Positions 54,093 through 62,858 of a DNA stretch of 64,000 nucleotides are shown here, piece after piece. Location of the stretch: positions 1-64,000 of IMG/VR virus record IMGVR_UViG_3300020577_002429; one strand, given 5' to 3'. Position numbers and translations under genes: made by a program. Below the pieces are notes generated by a model that was not told the origin of the DNA, did not search any database, and worked only from the letters and a program-made list of their open reading frames with translations. The first letter of the stretch is position 1, and each line of letters opens with the position of its first letter. This stretch comes from a virus. Lineage: Duplodnaviria; Caudoviricetes.

Positions 54093-54808
54093 TGGCTTTC
54101 TCCTTTTTTGTGTGACACGACATCTACTCCTCCGTCTACGAGTACTTTAGACGAATTAATTGTCCAGTCTAGCTTATTAGATTTAGATATATTATCTGCC
54201 GGTGTTAGAAACTGTAAATTAGTATAGTGGTGTAAAGCTGATAGATCTTTTTCGTTCTTAGCACAAGAACATGGTATTATGTGATCTACGTGGTAATTAG
54301 TGTTAGGATCGTAAAAGCCGTAGTTTTTTATAGCAGTTTGTTGAAGATGTTCGTGCAGCTGTTCATAGGAACATCCTATTAATTCATACGCTTTAGATGA
54401 TTTGGTATACCCTTTCTTACGAAATGAAGTACTGATTAAGGATCTCATACGAAGATTTAGTTTATATATCGGATCGGTTGCTTTTCTTTTGGCTATACAT
54501 CTACCACTAATAGCTATACATTTTTCTTTATTTCTAGCATAGTAATCTCGACGTTTCCTATTCAAACGATCTCGATTGGCAATAACCCACTTTAAGGCAG
54601 TAGCCTTAGCCTTTGGTGAATTAGTAGCATAGTGCTTCTTAAGCTTATCTTTATTAGTAGTGCGGTATTGTTTTTGATATTGAATAACTTTTTCCTTATT
54701 GACTGATCGCCAAGCTTTAGAGCGCTCATTCTTACATATCTGACACTGCTTTAATTTAATAGAATAGTTATGTCCATATTTACAAGTTCTATGCGATTCA
54801 TACTTCAT
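54089..54808 (-). CDS. HNH endonuclease with N-terminal zinc finger
   Basis: CKYGH...CQICK; YHVDHIIP...HHYTNLQFLTPADNISKSNK. Confidence 0.85.
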   Translation of the reverse strand: MKYESHRTCKYGHNYSIKLKQCQICKNERSKAWRSVNKEKVIQYQKQYRTTNKDKLKKHYATNSPKAKATALKWVIANRDRLNRKRRDYYARNKEKCIAISGRCIAKRKATDPIYKLNLRMRSLISTSFRKKGYTKSSKAYELIGCSYEQLHEHLQQTAIKNYGFYDPNTNYHVDHIIPCSCAKNEKDLSALHHYTNLQFLTPADNISKSNKLDWTINSSKVLVDGGVDVVSHKKGESQ

Positions 54809-54811
54809 ACT

Positions 54812-54855
54812 AATATATGTTATTTTATGCTTGACTCCTATATAAATATATGTTA
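54812..54855 (-). promoter_or_regulatory. two tandem putative late promoter motifs TAACATATATT
   Basis: Copies at 54812-54822 and 54845-54855. Confidence 0.7.
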
Positions 54856-54859
54856 GATT
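54831..54859 (+). promoter_or_regulatory. sigma70-type promoter of the + strand island
   Basis: TTGACT-17-TAGATT with TG extension, overlapping the late motif. Confidence 0.6.
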
Positions 54860-54890
54860 GTATACAGACTTTAGCCAGTCGAATACTTTA

Positions 54891-54929
54891 GGGGAGGGAG
54901 CTTACTGACGTTACTCTCTCCTCTTTTTT
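54891..54929 (+). terminator. terminator/attenuator hairpin before island genes
   Basis: GGGGAGGGAG / CTCTCTCCTC followed by T6. Confidence 0.6.
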
Positions 54930-54937
54930 GGAGGAAT

Positions 54938-55183
54938 ATGAAGTTAATACCTGTATCTAAGCGTCCAGATATTAGATCTTCATATCAATATAGTATTTGG
55001 CTTAATCACGATGACGCACTGACTAAGAGAATTATTTACGCTATAGATGGTGATGTTAATTTTAGATTAATTTTTAAACTGCGAAGTCTGACTGGAGATA
55101 TTTATATGCAATCTGAAGAAATAGACAATTCATTTTTTTGTAGATTAGAGTATGCTAAATTATATAAAGAATTTGTAAAATGA
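54938..55183 (+). CDS. dispersed KLxKL-motif micro-protein
   Basis: Motif FRLIFKLRSL; GGAGG RBS. Confidence 0.75.
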   Translation: MKLIPVSKRPDIRSSYQYSIWLNHDDALTKRIIYAIDGDVNFRLIFKLRSLTGDIYMQSEEIDNSFFCRLEYAKLYKEFVK

Positions 55184-55414
55184 AGTTAGTACAAGACAAC
55201 AAATTGCGCGGCTATTCAATATGGCTAGATGATCGTAATTATAGTAGAAACCATCCCAGTGTTTATACCATTGTTGGAGACTTAGATTTTAAATTATTAT
55301 TTAAGCTAAATGCTATTAGGGTCATTATATATTCAATATGATCTTGATTTCTGGAGTGGTCGTCTTAATGATCATGATAAATTATACCAAAGATTCCTTG
55401 ACAAGAAGAAATAG
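55180..55414 (+). pseudogene. frameshifted paralogue of 54938-55183
   Basis: Frame 1 (YSIWL...FKLLFKLNAIR) stops at 55341. The next frame continues SLYIQYDLD...RL...KLYQRFL to 55414 and aligns with the paralogue C-terminus. Confidence 0.6.
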
Positions 55415-55426
55415 TCGTGATAAACT
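55398..55426 (+). promoter_or_regulatory. sigma70-type promoter for HNH/Mom-like genes
   Basis: TTGACA-17-TAAACT with TG extension. Confidence 0.55.
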
Positions 55427-55432
55427 AGTGTT

Positions 55433-56245
55433 ATGAAGATTTGTAGTAAATGTAAGATAGAAAAAGAATTCAGCCATTTTAGTATTAGGGAGTATAAGAA
55501 TGATATTCCTATCTATAGAAATCATTGTAAAGTTTGCCGAACTAACCATACAATGACGAAAGTACGAGAGAATCCAGAGCAAACAAAGCAGAAAAAAAGA
55601 GAGAGTTACCATAAAAATAAAGAAGGTAGCTTAGCTAGAAAAAAGGCTAAGTATCGAAGTAATCCGGAACCGACAAAGATTGCAAATAAGAAATACTATG
55701 AATTGAACCGTGACAAAAAACTACAATACGCTAAAGAGTATAGACAATCTCGTAAAGAAGAGAATAAAGAATATCAGGCTAATTATAGAATTGAAAATAA
55801 AGAATTAAGACGAAAAGCTCACTATAATTGGGAGAAAAAAGAATTAGAAAGTAATCCTGCATATAGAATTACAAAAAATTTACGAAATAGACTTAGAAAT
55901 GCTCTTCATAGAATTGGTGCAGCAAAAGCTACTTCCGCTATACATAAATTAATGAAAGATGATCTGTATTTAATGGAGCATTTTGAAAAGCAATGGCAAC
56001 CGGGAATGACATGGGATAACTACGGAGACGAAGATAATTATTGGAATATAGACCATCACATCCCTTTTGCATATTTCGATGATGAACAATTAAAAGATCC
56101 ATTAAATCAAAAAATACTAAATCATCCGATAAATCTTAGGCCATTATGGGCGGCTGATAATTTACTCAAATCTGACACAATCCCCGACGACGTTGAGTTT
56201 GTGCTAAATCAAATTAAGAAAGCAATAGAAGATGAGTCGATTTAA
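55433..56245 (+). CDS. HNH endonuclease with N-terminal zinc finger
   Basis: KICSKC...CKVC; GMTWDNYG..WNIDHHIP...HPINLRPLWAADNLLKSD. Confidence 0.85.
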   Translation: MKICSKCKIEKEFSHFSIREYKNDIPIYRNHCKVCRTNHTMTKVRENPEQTKQKKRESYHKNKEGSLARKKAKYRSNPEPTKIANKKYYELNRDKKLQYAKEYRQSRKEENKEYQANYRIENKELRRKAHYNWEKKELESNPAYRITKNLRNRLRNALHRIGAAKATSAIHKLMKDDLYLMEHFEKQWQPGMTWDNYGDEDNYWNIDHHIPFAYFDDEQLKDPLNQKILNHPINLRPLWAADNLLKSDTIPDDVEFVLNQIKKAIEDESI

Positions 56246-57026
56246 TGTTGGTAATAAGGACATACAAGCATCAACGGCATGGCAATATCAACGACGATTA
56301 GAATCAGCGGCTACCGAAGCTAATCATCCATACTGGAATAATTTAGATTTAACATTAAAAAATACAATCATAAAAGAAATATCAATAACAGAAGCTCGCC
56401 CTATTATTGAAAAATATGAATGGCTTGGAACTATAGCTGCTGTAAACAAGCATGCCTACGGGATTTATTTTAAAGATAATACAACAGGACTAAGTGTGTG
56501 TGGTGGGGTTGTAGTTTTTGGGAGTGAGTATTCCGAGAACTTAGGTGTTTGGGATAAGTATGGATTTTCTAATAAAATAATACTTCTCAATCGGGGAGTA
56601 TGTCTGCATTGGACACCTAAAAATACAGCCTCTTATCTGATCATGGCGGCTATAAAAATGCTACCAAAACAATATGAAATAGTCACCTGTACCGTCGATC
56701 ATAATGCTGGAGAAGTCGGGACTATATACCAGTCCTGTAATTTTCATTATGTAGGATCTATGGGTAAGCCGGATAGACTTAGGTTTGCTGTAGAGATAAA
56801 CGGTAAGATTTATGGGTCTAGAGCAATGAGAGTTAAAGTGGGTAGCCAAAAAAAAGCCGATATACTAGCTAAATATCCTGATGCGAAGTTTATTAAACAA
56901 AAATCAAAACACAGATATTTTTACTTTAATTGTGATAGAAGAAAGAAAAGGGAATATTTATCTAGAATTGAACACATGATAATTCCATATAAAAAAAGGG
57001 AGTCGAAAGACTCCCCTCAGAGATAA
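56232..57026 (+). CDS. Mom-like GNAT-fold DNA base modification protein
   Basis: ARPIIEKYEWLG, GVVVFG, LNRGVCLHWTPKNTASYLI, GEVGTIYQSCNFHYVG motifs. Confidence 0.65.
   Translation: MSRFNVGNKDIQASTAWQYQRRLESAATEANHPYWNNLDLTLKNTIIKEISITEARPIIEKYEWLGTIAAVNKHAYGIYFKDNTTGLSVCGGVVVFGSEYSENLGVWDKYGFSNKIILLNRGVCLHWTPKNTASYLIMAAIKMLPKQYEIVTCTVDHNAGEVGTIYQSCNFHYVGSMGKPDRLRFAVEINGKIYGSRAMRVKVGSQKKADILAKYPDAKFIKQKSKHRYFYFNCDRRKKREYLSRIEHMIIPYKKRESKDSPQR
56991..57015 (-). terminator. intrinsic terminator of major capsid gene
   Basis: - strand GGGAGTC-TTTC-GACTCCC followed by T7. Confidence 0.8.
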
Positions 57027-57041
57027 CTTTTAAAGTATCAA

Positions 57042-58271
57042 TTAAGAAACTTTTAAGTTAGTTACAAGCACCTGGCGGCCAATCTTATTGCATAGTAATG
57101 CCTGGTCAGTGTATGCACGAAGTTCAACACCTGCATGAGATTGCAGTTCCAGGAAGTACTTATCTGGTTGTCCAGGACGTTTGAAAGTAACGTCTGTAGA
57201 ACCGATACGTCTCCAGTCATCTTTACAGATGATGAAAGCGTGACCTTCTTTAACGTGGATGTATGGGATAATCTCAACCATACCGTTTTGAGAATGGAAC
57301 TTGATTGAACGAGCGCCATTTTCAGCTTGGTTAGAAGAGTAAGAACTGTCATACATACGTAAAGCAGCTTGCTCAGTTAATAAATCATCCCAGTGACCTG
57401 GATTACAGAAAACTACTACGTCTTTATCTAAACCTTTTTCAACACCTTTAGTGATAGCTTGTTGAATAACAGCGAAAGATAAAACGTCAGCTGTAGGTAA
57501 AGCGTACTGAGTACCTTCCCATAATTCGTATTGAGCAGCATCAATACCGAACATTACGCCTGTGTTTTCCATGATCTTTTTCATACCGATCATTTGTTTA
57601 CCAAATGCGCCAGCAGGATATAACTTATGTCCAGCAGCGGCACCAACGATACCAACACCTTGTAAAGTTACAATTTTAGTTGATAAATCAACGCGTTGTA
57701 CTTGAGCTGTTCCAACTAAAGTAACACCATTGTACAAATCAACTTTCATACCACGAGAACCAGCCCAGATACCTGGAGCAAATTCAGCATCAGTAATTTT
57801 GAAAGAAGTAGCTGTAGGAGCTGGAGAAGAGTCTAAAACTCCGATACCATCTTGTCCGTACATTAATTCAACTTCTAATTTTTTGTATAATGAATCCATC
57901 ATGTTTTGGATTACATACTTAGTTGTTTCTTGGAAAGCTTGCTCACTACCTTGAGAACGGAAAATTGATTCGTATGACATTGCAGAACGCAATACGATTT
58001 GGTTTCCTTTGATAGTTGCTTGCTTAACTGCACCAGCTACTGCATCGTTCAATTGGAACGCACCAGCATCAGATGATTCGTAAGTTACGCCATGCTCTAA
58101 TCCTAAAATTACAGCTACGTTATATGATTCACCTGTTTTTGCTTTTGGCAAGAAAGGGATCATTTCCGCTACCTTTTTACCAACTGGGATGATGTTTTCT
58201 AAATCACCATAAACTTTTTTAAAGAGACCGTTCGCAGTTGTAATGTCAACTGCACCTGGAAAATCTGCCAT
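57042..58271 (-). CDS. major capsid protein (P22-like/HK97 fold)
   Basis: 409 aa; LFKKVYG N-terminus, strong codon bias, downstream of scaffold, own terminator. Confidence 0.85.
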   Translation of the reverse strand: MADFPGAVDITTANGLFKKVYGDLENIIPVGKKVAEMIPFLPKAKTGESYNVAVILGLEHGVTYESSDAGAFQLNDAVAGAVKQATIKGNQIVLRSAMSYESIFRSQGSEQAFQETTKYVIQNMMDSLYKKLEVELMYGQDGIGVLDSSPAPTATSFKITDAEFAPGIWAGSRGMKVDLYNGVTLVGTAQVQRVDLSTKIVTLQGVGIVGAAAGHKLYPAGAFGKQMIGMKKIMENTGVMFGIDAAQYELWEGTQYALPTADVLSFAVIQQAITKGVEKGLDKDVVVFCNPGHWDDLLTEQAALRMYDSSYSSNQAENGARSIKFHSQNGMVEIIPYIHVKEGHAFIICKDDWRRIGSTDVTFKRPGQPDKYFLELQSHAGVELRAYTDQALLCNKIGRQVLVTNLKVS

Positions 58272-58322
58272 TTTAATATCCTTTGTTTTTTATGTTATTG
58301 TTGTTTTTAGTACATTTTTTAC

Positions 58323-58351
58323 TTGACATTTCACCTACTATGTGGTATCCT
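58323..58351 (+). promoter_or_regulatory. antisense sigma70-type promoter facing the capsid late promoter
   Basis: TTGACA-17-TATCCT with TG extension. Confidence 0.55.
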
Positions 58352-58413
58352 AGAGGCAGTTGCTTATCTAAGAGCCGTTGAGTTCAGCCGATGACAAATA
58401 TAGATGTCCTAAT

Positions 58414-58424
58414 AATATATGTTA
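58414..58424 (-). promoter_or_regulatory. putative late promoter TAACATATATT (capsid)
   Basis: 142 nt upstream of capsid ATG. Confidence 0.7.
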
Positions 58425-58445
58425 AAACTATCGTTATTCTGGTTA

Positions 58446-59369
58446 TTACCAACCACCCATGTCTTCAATTCTAATCTTCTTAGGTGCTGTTGGAGTCGCT
58501 TCTGTAGTCTTAGTTGTAGAAGGGGTAGATGAAGTAGGAGTTTTCTTAACTTTAGCTACCGAGTGTTTGCGGTATTCATTAAGAACATCTTTACCTAATA
58601 ACTTTTCAAGCTTAGCTGGTTCTCTATGCTTACCAATAAGACTACCAAAATCACTCTTCATTCTACCTTCAACGTAAGGCATAATGTCTTCTACAGTAAC
58701 ATCTTCCCATCCAGCTTCAATAGCAGAAGCCATAGCATCAGCTACTCTACGGATAAAGAATGGTTCAGCAGGAAGATCACTCTTCTCTAAAGCTTGAATC
58801 ATGCTGTTTTCAATCTCAGTCTGATTACGACGAGTTGCTTCTTCTAATTGCTGAGCACGACGAGCGTCTTCTTCTTTTTTCTTATTATCTTCATATTCTT
58901 TTAACTTACGTTCATACTCTTCAAGCTTCTTTTGCTCAGGAGACTTCTGTTGTTCTTCTAAGTCCTGTAAAAGAACTTGTTCAGCTAATTTTCGGATATC
59001 TAAGCCTAATGCCGGATTACGAAGTACCGACAAGGGGTCATTTTGTAACATCTCAACTAGCTGCTCAGCTTGCTTTTTATAACTAGAAGCTTCTTGAAAC
59101 TTCTCATCAGCAGCCATAGCTTTCTGTAAGTATTTCTTAACTTCTTCATCATTATCCATATCAAGGTCAATCTTCTTAGATTTACCATTGACTTTAAGTT
59201 CGTATGATTTTAAAGCTTTTTTTATTTCTTCTTGCTTTTTAGCTTCTTGTGCTGGCGTTTCTTGAGTTTCTTCACCAGAGGCTTCTAACTCTTGACCTTC
59301 GATTGCTTCGACTTCGGGAGCCGTTTCTACTGCTTCTGGCGCAGGAGCGCCTGTGTTTTCTTCTGACAT
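58446..59369 (-). CDS. capsid scaffolding protein
   Basis: Acidic N-terminus, YELKVNGKSKKID, coiled coils, immediately upstream of capsid. Confidence 0.8.
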   Translation of the reverse strand: MSEENTGAPAPEAVETAPEVEAIEGQELEASGEETQETPAQEAKKQEEIKKALKSYELKVNGKSKKIDLDMDNDEEVKKYLQKAMAADEKFQEASSYKKQAEQLVEMLQNDPLSVLRNPALGLDIRKLAEQVLLQDLEEQQKSPEQKKLEEYERKLKEYEDNKKKEEDARRAQQLEEATRRNQTEIENSMIQALEKSDLPAEPFFIRRVADAMASAIEAGWEDVTVEDIMPYVEGRMKSDFGSLIGKHREPAKLEKLLGKDVLNEYRKHSVAKVKKTPTSSTPSTTKTTEATPTAPKKIRIEDMGGW

Positions 59370-59445
59370 ACTTTTTTCCTTTTTATAGTCCCAAATAAGG
59401 GATATAGTTTAAAGTGGACAGTCCCAACATGGGAGTAGTCTCATA

Positions 59446-59456
59446 AATATATGTTA
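59446..59456 (-). promoter_or_regulatory. putative late promoter TAACATATATT (scaffold)
   Basis: 76 nt upstream of scaffold ATG. Confidence 0.7.
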
Positions 59457-59458
59457 TT

Positions 59459-59878
59459 TTAGTCGCCTATTATTTTTGTTACGTCTTCAGACCCTGGACG
59501 CTTGAGTTTTTTCTCAGCTTCTTGTGCTCTATCTATTAAGTCTATATCAATATTTCTACGTCTACGTAGTTTTTCAGCATCTGATAAGATGTCTTTAGGG
59601 TACGAGTTAATCAACTCCTCTTCCGTAAGTTGTCTACCATATCCCCTATCTTGAATTGCCTTTTTTAATTGCTGAAACTCATTTACAGCGGCTTGCATTT
59701 CAGGAACATTTAAACTCTTAATACCGCCAGAAGCACTAGCCATATCTTCCAACATACTCTGCGTATATCCTGGTTGAAGTTTAAATTGATTATCAATACG
59801 ATTAAGATGCGGCGCAGCCTTAGCTTCCTGCTCTTGTGCGAATTGTTTCATTTTAGCAAATAATTCTTTTGGGTCCAT
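59459..59878 (-). CDS. hypothetical protein
   Basis: 139 aa. Confidence 0.65.
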   Translation of the reverse strand: MDPKELFAKMKQFAQEQEAKAAPHLNRIDNQFKLQPGYTQSMLEDMASASGGIKSLNVPEMQAAVNEFQQLKKAIQDRGYGRQLTEEELINSYPKDILSDAEKLRRRRNIDIDLIDRAQEAEKKLKRPGSEDVTKIIGD

Positions 59879-59879
59879 A

Positions 59880-60029
59880 TTACTTCTTTTTCAACTTCTC
59901 TTTAAGTTTAGAAAACGCTTCTTTGGGTGTGGCATCTATCATTTCTTTTGCTACTTTTTTAGGTACGCCAGTATCTTTTTTTAAAGAAGCATACATTAGT
60001 CTTTGTTGTGCGCGTGATTTTAAAGGCAT
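59880..60029 (-). CDS. small basic phage protein, 49 aa (not in ORF track)
   Basis: MPLKSRAQQRLMYASLKKDTGVPKKVAKEMIDATPKEAFSKLKEKLKKK. Confidence 0.7.
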   Translation of the reverse strand: MPLKSRAQQRLMYASLKKDTGVPKKVAKEMIDATPKEAFSKLKEKLKKK

Positions 60030-60031
60030 GA

Positions 60032-60484
60032 CTATCTCGCTTTCATCTTATTTAATAAATTAGGCATAATACCTAGTTCTTGTTTAGCCTTTTCAATTCT
60101 ATCTTCATATAAGCCCATATTCTTAAGCTTATCTTCATTAGACTCCATAGAAGCATTATGACCTTTAAAGTGACCAACAGCTGCTGGAGTAAGTTGTCCT
60201 TGATTCTTTTTTAATAGATGTTCGGCAAGTTTAGTCATAACTTCTTCTTGCATTTCAGGATTTTGTTCTAACATCTTCTGCATTTCAAATTTATCATCAG
60301 TATTCTTAAACTCAGAAGAAGGGCTTCTATTAAGCATTTCTTGAGCCGTTGTAGGCTTTATTCCATAACGTCCAACAGCATTTGTTCCATCTTTTAATAG
60401 AGCATGGTCAGTCATAGTTCCATCACGACTTTCTAGCTTAGACATCAAATCAATAAGAGCTTGTTGTTGAGCAGATCTATCCAT
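60032..60484 (-). CDS. lysozyme-fold / lytic transglycosylase-like protein
   Basis: LMSKLES (catalytic Glu candidate), AVGRYGIKPTTA. Confidence 0.6.
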   Translation of the reverse strand: MDRSAQQQALIDLMSKLESRDGTMTDHALLKDGTNAVGRYGIKPTTAQEMLNRSPSSEFKNTDDKFEMQKMLEQNPEMQEEVMTKLAEHLLKKNQGQLTPAAVGHFKGHNASMESNEDKLKNMGLYEDRIEKAKQELGIMPNLLNKMKAR

Positions 60485-60990
60485 TATACAACCCTCTTTA
60501 CGCCAATTATGTTAATTATTTTATTAAAATCACTAGGAGTAACGCTTTCTTGATCAGCAATAACTTTAGGGTATGCTTCTTCTAATATTACATATCCCAA
60601 CTCTGAGCAGATGAATTGCTCATTACCATTAGCAACAAGCTTTATGTCTTTTGTTTGAAATATCTTCTGTAATGCTATGTTGAGTATTTGTAGTATGCTA
60701 TATTTTAATCCAAGAAGAGAGTTCATCTTCTTTCGGATAGTCATATACACGCTATCCAATACCTGCATTTCATATTCTTCTATGATGACATTTGAAGCAA
60801 GAAACATAGCTTCAGATACTACATTAACATCCCCATGACTAGCCTGAAAAATCATAACATCTTTAGTAAATTCATCTACATATTTAACATATACATGTGA
60901 GTATGGTCTTTTCTCAACTAACTGAATAGCCTTACTAAAAGGCTTACACCCAATACTTCTACTAAATCCGAAAGTTAATATTTTACTCAT
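60484..60990 (-). CDS. permuted papain-like amidase (NlpC/P60 superfamily, YiiX-like)
   Basis: YSHVYV, later LGLKYS, and FICSEL with C-terminal Cys. Confidence 0.75.
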   Translation of the reverse strand: MSKILTFGFSRSIGCKPFSKAIQLVEKRPYSHVYVKYVDEFTKDVMIFQASHGDVNVVSEAMFLASNVIIEEYEMQVLDSVYMTIRKKMNSLLGLKYSILQILNIALQKIFQTKDIKLVANGNEQFICSELGYVILEEAYPKVIADQESVTPSDFNKIINIIGVKRVV

Positions 60991-61003
60991 AGTACCACCT
61001 ATT

Positions 61004-61014
61004 AATATATGTTA
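61004..61014 (-). promoter_or_regulatory. putative late promoter TAACATATATT
   Basis: 13 nt upstream of gene 60484-60990, directly before AGGTGG RBS. Confidence 0.75.
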
Positions 61015-61015
61015 A

Positions 61016-61486
61016 TTACAAAGTAGCTGCATATGTCCAGATATTATCCAGATCCGCAGACGTCAGTCCCAATGATGAAGCTAAGGAATTAACTAAAGCG
61101 TTACTCCTAAGCATCTCATTTGAATACTCCCATTGCTGTAAAGCTAGAGATCTATTCGGTTCTGACAATGTCTCAATGAATGATTTTATCGCATCAGGAT
61201 GTAAATTTGGTTTACTTTGTTGAAAAGAAATCAAAACTAATGCAGTGCGTAGTTGTTGGTTTGTAACAGGAGATATCACTTTGCTTTTTGAAGCCTGCCA
61301 CGCTGCTATGATAGGATCTTGACTAGACACGTAAGAAGCATAGTCTTCGTCGGACATTACTGTATACCCTAGTGATTCTAAAGTTAGCTGTTCTCCTAGA
61401 ACACAATCTTGCACAGTAAAGGGTACCGTAGCTGGTATATTTTCTGGATTAAACTCGGCTTGAGACCACATTTTAAATGCTTTCAT
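61016..61486 (-). CDS. tail-fibre-associated protein
   Basis: VTNQQLRTAL...WEYS...R..ALV..LA..LGLT..DLD.IW..AATL pattern. Confidence 0.65.
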   Translation of the reverse strand: MKAFKMWSQAEFNPENIPATVPFTVQDCVLGEQLTLESLGYTVMSDEDYASYVSSQDPIIAAWQASKSKVISPVTNQQLRTALVLISFQQSKPNLHPDAIKSFIETLSEPNRSLALQQWEYSNEMLRSNALVNSLASSLGLTSADLDNIWTYAATL

Positions 61487-61517
61487 TTTATACCTCTCTT
61501 AAATTCCGATGATACTA

Positions 61518-62858
61518 TCATGTTATATCTCTCACGGTGATAAATGTTGAATTATACACTGAAATGGTCTGTCCGTTCGTCTCTGACCTAAATGCAGGGG
61601 TTAGCGTACCACTTGTTGTACAAGTAAAAACACCATAAATCTTACCAATATATAAAGTACCGGCTGAAGGTACTGCCGTAGATGTAATAACGGTACCTAT
61701 TCCTGAAATTGGTATAAACTGGTTAGCATTTGTTGAAGTTTGAAAAGATCCAGTTGCTGTTATTGTTCCAGCCACTCCACCGCTTCCGGTCATTGACCAA
61801 GCTGCGCCTGTAGTTGCCACAGCAGATGAGTATTCGATTACCGTTTCAAATGCATACCACCTACCAGCAACAACCGGAAAAGATAAAGCTGTCATATTAA
61901 CAAGAGTTACGCTAGAGCTATTAGTTAAAGTACCTTGAACTCGTGAAATTGTTGTTTTGTTTAACTGAGCTTGTAGTTTCCCAATGGCTTGTAAAACAGT
62001 GTCAGCTGCTGTAACTGCTGTACCTGTTGTCAAACTTAAACCGGTTAAAACCGTTGATCTTACAGCATCAGCAAAGTCTGAAACTGCTGCTGCAACAATC
62101 GAAATCGCTGTATTTACAACCCCTGTGATTCTACCCTTTGCGTCTGTCGTTAACACTGGAACTTGCGACGCAGATCCATAAGTACTAGCAGTTCCAACAT
62201 CAGGCATTGAAATGGTTCTATTGGCTGTAATATCTCCACCACCAGATAGTCCAGCACCGGCAGAAATACTAACAGTAGTGTGGTCTATATGACGATTAGC
62301 TGTATAATTCTGTAGAGAGTTATGATCAACTCCGGCAGGTAGTACCGCAGCAGATATTGTATTCGCTACATCATTGTAAGTGAAGTCAACACTAGCTGTA
62401 TCAGTAAGGATAGTTCCTACCGCATCTTGGGCTTGTTCATCAGTATAAGACCCCCCACCACCACCTGTACTGTCAATTGTCAAAGTGTTTGCTACATCAT
62501 TATAAGTTAATGTTATATTTGTACCAGCAGTAAGTAACGTAGCAACTCTATCATCAACTGCCTCTGAGAAATCTGAAATTGTAGAAGCTAGCTGAGTTCC
62601 GGTATGATTAGCTCTATCTCTATCGGCAGTAGAAGCAGCACTAACTGTTGACGTGACCTGAGCTACGGTTTGATAGCCCGATGGATTAGACGCATCATAT
62701 TTTAAATTTAAGGCAGCTTGAGTTGTTGCATTATCAGCCTTAGCGTCAGTTTGTGTCTTGAGTTGCAGCAAAGCATCCTGAACATTATCAGCACTAACTC
62801 CAGAAATAGCATCAATAGGAAGTCCAGAACCTGACTGTGTTGTACTTATCTTACTCAT
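61518..62858 (-). CDS. tail fibre-like virion protein
   Basis: RANHTGTQLASTISDF, EQAQDAVG, VDAKGR-type repeats shared with 48846-50450. Confidence 0.75.
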   Translation of the reverse strand: MSKISTTQSGSGLPIDAISGVSADNVQDALLQLKTQTDAKADNATTQAALNLKYDASNPSGYQTVAQVTSTVSAASTADRDRANHTGTQLASTISDFSEAVDDRVATLLTAGTNITLTYNDVANTLTIDSTGGGGGSYTDEQAQDAVGTILTDTASVDFTYNDVANTISAAVLPAGVDHNSLQNYTANRHIDHTTVSISAGAGLSGGGDITANRTISMPDVGTASTYGSASQVPVLTTDAKGRITGVVNTAISIVAAAVSDFADAVRSTVLTGLSLTTGTAVTAADTVLQAIGKLQAQLNKTTISRVQGTLTNSSSVTLVNMTALSFPVVAGRWYAFETVIEYSSAVATTGAAWSMTGSGGVAGTITATGSFQTSTNANQFIPISGIGTVITSTAVPSAGTLYIGKIYGVFTCTTSGTLTPAFRSETNGQTISVYNSTFITVRDIT

